From the NCBI GenBank assembly GCA_964517335.1, contig CAZFES010000001.1, positions 7,127 through 71,126 of the forward strand: a stretch of 64,000 bases of DNA, written 5' to 3'. Each line of letters begins with the position of its first letter. Position 1 is the stretch's first letter. The stretch comes from an uncultured Polyangiaceae bacterium (GTDB lineage Bacteria; Myxococcota_A; Polyangia; Polyangiales; Polyangiaceae). Both the position numbers and the translations under genes were made by a program. Of this stretch, positions 57,970-64,000 are shown one piece after another. Below the pieces are notes generated by a model. It did no database searches. It was not told the origin of the DNA and saw only the letters and a list, made by a program, of their open reading frames with translations.

Positions 57970-60900
57970 ACGCTCCGCGAAGAAGCCGCAGAGGTCCAAG
58001 CGCAAGCAAGCCTCCGCACTGCGCCGCGCCATCGAGCTCGACCTCGGCTGGTTGCGCGGATACCCGACGTCCGGCGGCTGGTGCACCCTTCCCCCGCCCG
58101 GCGAAGATGCGGCGCCGCGCATCCTGACGCTGTCGGGCAGCCACCTCGCCGGCGCCACGCGCGCCGCGAAGCGCTCGTACCGCGAGCACCGCGACGCGCT
58201 CGAGGCGCTGACCGGCAACGCCGAGGCGTGGCTCAGGCGCACGCTGGCCTTGCTCGACGCCGTCAAGCCGCTGTCCCGCGGTGGCCGCGTCGACGACGGC
58301 GCGTTGCGCGCGCTGTTGCCGCATCATCGTGCCGGCACCGCGCGTGCGCTGGAGCGCGCGCTCGCCGGTCCCTTGGCGGGCGTCGCGCGCACGCTCGGAT
58401 GGATACACGTGTGGGAGCCCGCGCAGCTCAGCGCCGCGATGGCTTGGTTCGAGGCGCATCAGCCCGCGCTCGCCGCGCTGAAGCCACACGATCCGAACTG
58501 GTCGCACACGGCGCTGATGTGCGCGGCCCTCGGATTGCGCCACGGCGCGCGGGCCGATGTGTTGCTCGAGGTCCTCACCGCGCCGGGCGCATTCGATACG
58601 CCGCTGATGGGCGTCGCGACGCGCGATGTCGTCGTCGCCAAACGCAGCGGGCACGAAAAGGACTGGCCTGCGCGACCAAAGGCACCCTTTGGTGCACGGA
58701 TGCTGGCGCTGGTGGGCTGGATCCACCGCCAGCCCGACAAGGTGGCGCGGCGCGCGCTCGATCTGGTCGAGGCCACGCTTCCCGGCACCTCGCTCGAGAC
58801 ATGGCGCAGCTGGTGGAGCAAGCGCGACGCGCTCGTCGCCGAGGCCGAGCGCCTGTTGCGCGCCGCGCCGCAAGCGCCACCGCCCCGCAAGCGCATCGCG
58901 GCGATCGTCCACGCCCTCGACCAGCTCGAGAAGAAGATGCCGTCGCACGTGGACATCGATCCGATCGCGCAAGCCATCGAGGAGCTGGCGTCGGAGCCCG
59001 CGCTCGCCGAAGCGGTGCTGCCCGCGCTGCGCGTGACCCCGCGCGACGTCGAACGGCATCCGGTTCGGCTGCTCGTGCTGTGCATGTTCTGGTACGAGCA
59101 CCGCCACTGTGGACGTGACCACCGGGCCATCACGCGCTGGGCCCACGCCCTGCGGCGCTACCTCGAGCCGCAAGACGATCGCCGAGCGGCGTTGATGCCG
59201 CTGTCGCCGTACTGGCGCCAGTCGAGGGTTCCCAGCCAGCGCTATCACTTCGTGGTGGAGCGCGACCTCGCCGAGAGGCGCGACGCGCTGCCGCGCTTCT
59301 ACGAGGCGCTCGCCATCGCGCTGCGGCGCCATGGCGCCACAGCCTTCGCCAGGACTTACAGCGACGTCGGCGCAACGTCGGTGCTCGCCCACTTCGCTGC
59401 AGACGGCATCGCGCCCGAACGCGCCGTGGACATGGCCGACGCCGCCATCGCCACCAAGCTCTTCGCCGGCACGCGCTACCCCTGGCGCGGAGGGTTGCGG
59501 GCGGCGTTTGCGTTGTGCGAAGGCGACGCCGCGCGTTTCGGGCAGCTGTTGCGCGCGCTCTGGGAGCACGACCACCTCATGAACCGCGACGATGCCGATG
59601 CGCTCGGCATCGCGGCCGCGCTGAAGCAGCCCGGCGTCGCCGGACGCATCGCCGACATGGTGCTCGGCCGGGACGTCAAGCGCGTGGTGGCCATCGGCGG
59701 CCGCTTGCGTTTGCTGTCGGCCATCGGCGTGCCGGCCGTCGCGCCTCGACTCGATACGCGCGCCGGCCGAGCGCCGTGGATGCGGCGCTATCCGGCCGCG
59801 CTGGGCGATGCGCTGCGGCGCCTGTCGTCCGTCGACCCGCGCGCATCGCAGACGGCCGCCTCGCTGCTCGGCAAGGCCTTTTCCGATCCGGAGGCGCTGC
59901 TCTGCGAGCGGAACACCATCGCCTCGCGCCTGCGCGACCGCGACGATCCGCGGCTCGCCCAGCGCCTGCACAACCTCGAAGAGCGCCTGCGCACGCCGCC
60001 GGCGCTGACGCCACGCAGCGAGCGCCGCCACCTCGCCAAGCTCGAAGCGGCCATCGACCGCAAGATCATCGAGGACTGGGAGGCGCGGCTCGACGCGGCG
60101 GCGGCCGCCGCCATCGCGCCGCGCTGCTTCGGCCGGCCGGAGCTGCCGGCGTGGCTTCGCGAGCCGCCGGCGTCCGAGCTCCTGCCGGATCTGTTCCAGC
60201 TCGAGGCCAAGGCGCGCAAGCTCGCGCTGCGGCTCTTGGCGGTACGCGACGGACCGTACCCTTGGGACCTGCGCGACCATCCTGCCAATCAGCGCTTCCT
60301 GGCGCGCGTGGCGGCGCTGGGCATCGATCCGCGGCCGTGGGTCGAGGGCATCGGCATCGTCGCGATGCGCCGCCCCTCGGGCAGCGATCTGCTGCTGCAG
60401 CTCGAACGCGACCCGCTCGAGGTCCTGCGCATGGGCGCGCATTTCGGCACCTGCCTCAGCCCCGGCGCGTTCAACTTCTTCTCCGCCGTCAGCAATGCCG
60501 TCGACATCAACAAGCGCGTCCTCTACGCGCGCGACGAGGACGGCGGCGTCGTGGGCCGCTGTCTGCTGGCGCTGAGCGACGACGGGCGCATCCTGACGTT
60601 CCATCCCTACTGCCACGACGGTCAGGCCGAGTTCGCTACGATGGTGCGCGACTTTGCGCTGCGGCTCGCCGCCACCATGCGCACCGACCTCGTCTCCTAT
60701 GGCAACGTGTCGTGCTTGGTCGCGAGCGACTGGTACGACGACGGTTCGGTCGACGTGGCGGGGCGCTTCGCGTTGCGCGAAGAATCGGTGCTCGACGAGC
60801 TGGGCCAGCGCGCCGGGCAGCCGCTGCTCGATTTGCTGGAGCAGCAGCTCGCGCCGCTCGGGCTGAACGCGGTGACCTGGCCGCTGGTGGTCGCGCTGCC

Positions 60901-61348
60901 GCTTCCCGCCGATCGCCGCGAGCTGTTCGAGACCTGGCTCGCAGCCATGAGCGCGGACGTGGCGCTCGACACCAAGGCGCGCGCTGCCGAGCGCGCGTGG
61001 AATGCCGGCTCGCGCGCCGCGGTGCGGCGTTTCCTCCATCGCGCGGTTCTGCCCGATCTGGAGCGACAGGTCGCCGCGCGCCGGTCCGTCTACACGCCGC
61101 TGCTCGACATCCTCACCGAGCTCGGCATGCCCGGCCTCACGCTGAGGCTGTTGCGCCTCTCCCGACAGCGCGGTGTCCGGCGCTTCGCCGACGAGCCGGA
61201 GCTGTTGCGCCTCGAAGCCGCAGCGCGCGCGCACGAAGCGCTGCACCGTCGCAAGCTGGCGCTGGGGCTGTATCGCGTGCTCGCCAGACGCAGCAGCGGC
61301 GTCGTGCGGCAGCGCACCGAAGCGCGCATCGCAGCCCTCGGCGCTTGA
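57956..61348 (+). CDS. Large hypothetical protein (1130 aa, mostly alpha-helical, no recognised domain)
   Basis: ATG 57956 (MRPHERSAKKPQRSKRKQ) overlaps the upstream gene by 14 nt. Third codon positions are consistently G/C over 3.4 kb. A distinctive block reads GAHFGTCLSPGAFNFFSAVSNAVDINKRVLYARDEDGGVVGRCLLALSDDGRILTFHPYCHDG. Confidence 0.7.
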   Translation: MRPHERSAKKPQRSKRKQASALRRAIELDLGWLRGYPTSGGWCTLPPPGEDAAPRILTLSGSHLAGATRAAKRSYREHRDALEALTGNAEAWLRRTLALLDAVKPLSRGGRVDDGALRALLPHHRAGTARALERALAGPLAGVARTLGWIHVWEPAQLSAAMAWFEAHQPALAALKPHDPNWSHTALMCAALGLRHGARADVLLEVLTAPGAFDTPLMGVATRDVVVAKRSGHEKDWPARPKAPFGARMLALVGWIHRQPDKVARRALDLVEATLPGTSLETWRSWWSKRDALVAEAERLLRAAPQAPPPRKRIAAIVHALDQLEKKMPSHVDIDPIAQAIEELASEPALAEAVLPALRVTPRDVERHPVRLLVLCMFWYEHRHCGRDHRAITRWAHALRRYLEPQDDRRAALMPLSPYWRQSRVPSQRYHFVVERDLAERRDALPRFYEALAIALRRHGATAFARTYSDVGATSVLAHFAADGIAPERAVDMADAAIATKLFAGTRYPWRGGLRAAFALCEGDAARFGQLLRALWEHDHLMNRDDADALGIAAALKQPGVAGRIADMVLGRDVKRVVAIGGRLRLLSAIGVPAVAPRLDTRAGRAPWMRRYPAALGDALRRLSSVDPRASQTAASLLGKAFSDPEALLCERNTIASRLRDRDDPRLAQRLHNLEERLRTPPALTPRSERRHLAKLEAAIDRKIIEDWEARLDAAAAAAIAPRCFGRPELPAWLREPPASELLPDLFQLEAKARKLALRLLAVRDGPYPWDLRDHPANQRFLARVAALGIDPRPWVEGIGIVAMRRPSGSDLLLQLERDPLEVLRMGAHFGTCLSPGAFNFFSAVSNAVDINKRVLYARDEDGGVVGRCLLALSDDGRILTFHPYCHDGQAEFATMVRDFALRLAATMRTDLVSYGNVSCLVASDWYDDGSVDVAGRFALREESVLDELGQRAGQPLLDLLEQQLAPLGLNAVTWPLVVALPLPADRRELFETWLAAMSADVALDTKARAAERAWNAGSRAAVRRFLHRAVLPDLERQVAARRSVYTPLLDILTELGMPGLTLRLLRLSRQRGVRRFADEPELLRLEAAARAHEALHRRKLALGLYRVLARRSSGVVRQRTEARIAALGA

Positions 61349-61452
61349 GGCGAAGTGCCGCCCAGCAACGCCGCTGCCGCCCCGAGCTCGATCATCGAAG
61401 CAAAATGCCTCGGAGCATGCGCCTCGCGATCGACTACGCTGGAAGCGACCCA

Positions 61453-61860
61453 ATGACGATATCATCCGCCGCCGATGGTTCCGGCACCGGGACGCGCGCG
61501 AGGCGCATCCTGGTCGTCGACGACAACCGTGATGCTGCCGAGAGCATGAGCGAGCTGCTCGAGCTGCTCGGTGCCGAAGCCCACGTCGCCTACGACGGCG
61601 AGGGCGCGCTGTCGGAGGTCGAGCGCCACGCGCCGGACGTCGTGCTGCTCGACATCGGCCTGCCCGACATCGACGGTTACGAGGTGGCGCGCCGCATCCG
61701 CGCGCGGCCCGATCCGGTGTCGCCGCTCTTGGTCGCCGTCACCGGCTGGGGCCACGAGGACGATCGACGGCGCGCGCGCGAAGCCGGCTTCGATCATCAT
61801 CTGGTCAAGCCCGCGGACGTCGAGAGGCTCGAAGCGTTGCTGAGCTCGCTGGAAGCATGA
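61453..61860 (+). CDS. Stand-alone CheY-like receiver domain protein
   Basis: [14 protein letters not shown]...[17 protein letters not shown]...LVAVTGWG...GFDHHLVKP has the acidic pocket, phospho-Asp, Thr and Lys all present. In-frame alternative start at 61405. Confidence 0.8.
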   Translation: MTISSAADGSGTGTRARRILVVDDNRDAAESMSELLELLGAEAHVAYDGEGALSEVERHAPDVVLLDIGLPDIDGYEVARRIRARPDPVSPLLVAVTGWGHEDDRRRAREAGFDHHLVKPADVERLEALLSSLEA

Positions 61861-61863
61861 CGC

Positions 61864-62739
61864 TCACACCAAGAAGTCGACCGCGCCGCGCTGCACCTCG
61901 ATGCTGAGCTGGTGCTCGCGCCAATGCCCGACGCGATCGTCGATGTGGACCGGGCCGCTGTAGTGCAACGCAACGCACTGCGCGCGCCGCACCGGCAGTG
62001 ACAGCGTGGCCGGCCGCCCCGCCAGACGTCCGCGCAGGTAGTGCTCGATGCGCGGGCGGTCCCGCTCGCGGGCGATCACCACGTCGAGCCAGCCGTCGCA
62101 GGGATCCGCCTGTGGCGACAGCACCATGTTGGGTCCGATGGAGGGCGTGTTGAGCACCTCCACCAGCACCAGATCGTCGGACACCACCTCGCCGTCGAGC
62201 ACCAGCGTCATCGGACGCGCCGGCAGCCGCGCCAGCGTCTCGCAGTAGATCGCCAGCGCCCGCCGGATCTCGGCCTCGGACAGCGGCGCCTCGCCGTGCA
62301 GCGCTTCGTGCTCGTCGGTCGCCGCGATCGCAGCCGCGACCACGCCACCCCCGACGCTCTCGAGAAACGCCTGGACGGCGCCGGAGCCGCGCGCGACGCC
62401 GAAGTCGAACGCCACCCGGCGGTCGGGACGCCACGCGGCGATCTTGTCCATGCCGGCGCCCTCGATGCCCAGACAGCGCGCCACGTTGTTTGCCGTGCCC
62501 ATGGCCAGCACCGCGATGGGGATGCCGCTGCCCGACAACGCCCGCGCCACGGCTTGCACCGTGCCGTCGCCGCCCGCCACCACCGCGAAGTCGATGCCGG
62601 CGTCGAGAGCATCGGCGAAGCCGTGCTCGGGCTCGAGCTCGAGCGCGAGGCGGAGCCCCGCAGCGGACAGCGCCGCGCGCACCTCGCCGATCGGGACGCC
62701 TTGCCCCGACGAGGGGTTGAAGATCAACGCGACGCGCAC
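61864..62739 (-). CDS. Diacylglycerol-kinase-family lipid kinase (YegS/BmrU-like)
   Basis: GTG 62739 gives (M)[13 protein letters not shown]. Motifs: [23 protein letters not shown]. It is the C-terminal 291 aa of the 582-aa track ORF. Confidence 0.75.
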   Translation of the reverse strand: MRVALIFNPSSGQGVPIGEVRAALSAAGLRLALELEPEHGFADALDAGIDFAVVAGGDGTVQAVARALSGSGIPIAVLAMGTANNVARCLGIEGAGMDKIAAWRPDRRVAFDFGVARGSGAVQAFLESVGGGVVAAAIAATDEHEALHGEAPLSEAEIRRALAIYCETLARLPARPMTLVLDGEVVSDDLVLVEVLNTPSIGPNMVLSPQADPCDGWLDVVIARERDRPRIEHYLRGRLAGRPATLSLPVRRAQCVALHYSGPVHIDDRVGHWREHQLSIEVQRGAVDFLV

Positions 62740-62796
62740 GCCACACGCCGGTGCAACCAACGGGCCACTGGCCGCCAAGTTGCATCGCTGTCGCGC

Positions 62797-63606
62797 ATGC
62801 ACATTCTCGTCTGCAACGACGATGGGATCTACAGCCCGGGCATCGCCGCGCTCGCGCGCGTGGCGGCCGAGTTCGGGCGCGTGCGGGTCGTCGCGCCCGA
62901 CGCGGAGCAATCGTCGATGGGCCATGCCGTCACCGCGTCGCGACCGCTGTCCTATCGCCCGCTCGATCTCGACGGCATCGAGGCATACCGCGTCAATGGG
63001 ACGCCGGCGGACTGCGTCGCCCTCGGCTGTTACCACTGGGAACAGGTCGATGTGGTGCTGTCCGGGATCAACCTGGGGCTGAATCTCGGCCACTCCATCT
63101 GGCACTCGGGCACGCTGGCGGCCGCCAAGCAAGCCACGCTGCTCGGCCGGCGCGGCATCGCGCTGTCGGCCCCTGCGACGGAGCAGGCCGACTACGAACG
63201 CTACACGCCGTGGCTGCGCTCGGCGCTCGGCGTGCTGCTGCCGCTGTCGACGCTGCCGCTGGTCAACGTGAACTTCCCGCGCGAGCCGCGGGGCCTGATG
63301 TGGACCCGCGTGTCGGTGCGTCACTACGACGGGCATGTGGTGCCCACCCGCGATCCGATGGACCGCCCGCTCTACTGGTTCACCACCCGACCCCTCGAGG
63401 ACGCTGACGAAGGCACCGACCGCTGGGCCGTGGAGCGCGACTGGGCGTCCATCACACCGCTGCGAATCGATCTCACCGACGAGCAGCAGTATCAGCGCAT
63501 GCACCGGGACCATCCGCTCGACGAAGACACCGCGGCGGCGAGCTCGCCGTTCGGTCCGATCCCCGAAGCGGCGCGCTCGGTGCGCGAAGACGAAGCGATG
63601 AAGTGA
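62797..63606 (+). CDS. surE: 5'/3'-nucleotidase SurE
   Basis: MHILVCNDDGIYSPGIAALA...VVAPDAEQSSMGHAVT...VNGTPADCV...VLSGINLGLNLG...SGTLAAA are the canonical SurE motifs. It is the C-terminal 269 aa of the 521-aa track ORF. Confidence 0.9.
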   Translation: MHILVCNDDGIYSPGIAALARVAAEFGRVRVVAPDAEQSSMGHAVTASRPLSYRPLDLDGIEAYRVNGTPADCVALGCYHWEQVDVVLSGINLGLNLGHSIWHSGTLAAAKQATLLGRRGIALSAPATEQADYERYTPWLRSALGVLLPLSTLPLVNVNFPREPRGLMWTRVSVRHYDGHVVPTRDPMDRPLYWFTTRPLEDADEGTDRWAVERDWASITPLRIDLTDEQQYQRMHRDHPLDEDTAAASSPFGPIPEAARSVREDEAMK

Positions 63607-64000
63607 CGACACCTACATCGGCGCGCCCGCACGGTCTGAAAAATACCGTGGTGGTGGTAGCCGCGCTGTCCTGGATCGCGCGCGCACCGGCGCCGGAAGC
63701 GGCGTTTCGCGCAGATACCGCCCGCCGTGCTGGGAACGGCGCTTGCACCAACGAGCGATCGACTCGGGGCGCGGCACTGGGAGGTGCGTCGCGTGACAGC
63801 AGCGAATGCCGGCGGATCGGGTGTGTCCGCATGGAACAGCCAAGCTTCGGTGGCGGAGATCGTCCCCGCGCCGGCGGCGCTCCCGCGTCCGAGCGCGCCG
63901 CGCAAGAAGCTCGCCGATGGCGGCCCACGGCTTCGCAGACCCCGGCAGACCGAGCTGCCGCCTTCCCGCCCGCCGAGCGATCGCGCCGAGCGCACCGAAA

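Noticed and set aside
59515-61452. Upstream 646 aa of the 781-aa ORF ending at 61860
   Set aside because: It is out-of-frame overlap with the 1130-aa gene. Only the terminal receiver domain (from 61453 or 61405) is real.
54021-61465. 989-aa (54021..56990) and 1177-aa (57932..61465) minus-strand ORFs
   Set aside because: They are antisense to the TLC-HEAT and 1130-aa genes. They are Arg/Gln/His-rich with no domains. The + strand frames show membrane-helix periodicity, HEAT repeats and overlap coupling.
63793-64000. Open + strand frame after surE (VTAANAGG...VAEIVPAPAALPRPSAPRKKLADGGPRLRRPRQTELPPSRPP...) running off the right edge
   Set aside because: Third codon positions are G/C-rich, but the product is low-complexity Pro/Arg-rich. 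It shows no motif (not Pcm-like, as might be expected after surE), and there is no clear start or RBS. Overlapping minus-strand ORFs are equally featureless. This is too weak to call.

Overview
Very GC-rich (about 70% by eye), densely coding chromosomal segment. It is almost certainly from a myxobacterium (Myxococcota): it has a MYXO-CTERM-type sorting tail, four Myxococcus-type cysteine-rich repeats, an AgmX/PglI-type C-terminal domain and many lipobox lipoproteins. I call about 48 protein-coding genes, choosing real frames by recognisable motifs, G/C at third codon positions and tight start/stop coupling. Most other long ORFs in the track are antisense or out-of-frame shadows typical of high-GC DNA. 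I found no rRNA, tRNA, CRISPR array, transposase, integrase or phage genes. Left to right: (1) a uspA / ssnA / xdhD-like molybdenum hydroxylase operon, divergent from a YgfK-N-terminal-like Fe-S protein; (2) a VOC protein, MYXO-CTERM S1 protease and AgmX/PglI-like lipoprotein trio; (3) a flavin-dependent halogenase, TetR and di-iron cassette; (4) an 11-kb operon of three vWA proteins, two of them giant FecR-VIT-vWA-TPR paralogues, plus DUF4349 and a lipoprotein, downstream of an OmpR/HK pair; (5) a divergent pair of citrate-synthase-like genes, one fused to an HTH; (6) assorted membrane and DUF genes; (7) ygiQ-uup; (8) a phoB/phoR-like pair convergent with a phosphatase-rich operon that includes a 1320-aa multidomain lipoprotein; (9) fhs, recQ and yciB; (10) a coupled module of a TLC-transporter-HEAT fusion, a tandem cNMP-like protein, a 1130-aa orphan and a receiver; (11) a lipid kinase and surE. 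The best candidates for an undescribed system are the TLC-HEAT/cNMP/orphan/receiver module (54.1-61.9 kb) and the MoxR-less FecR-VIT-vWA-TPR operon (12.4-25.8 kb), followed by the HTH-fused citrate-synthase-like pair. All domain calls are by-eye motif recognition without BLAST or HMM searches, and several start codons are uncertain.
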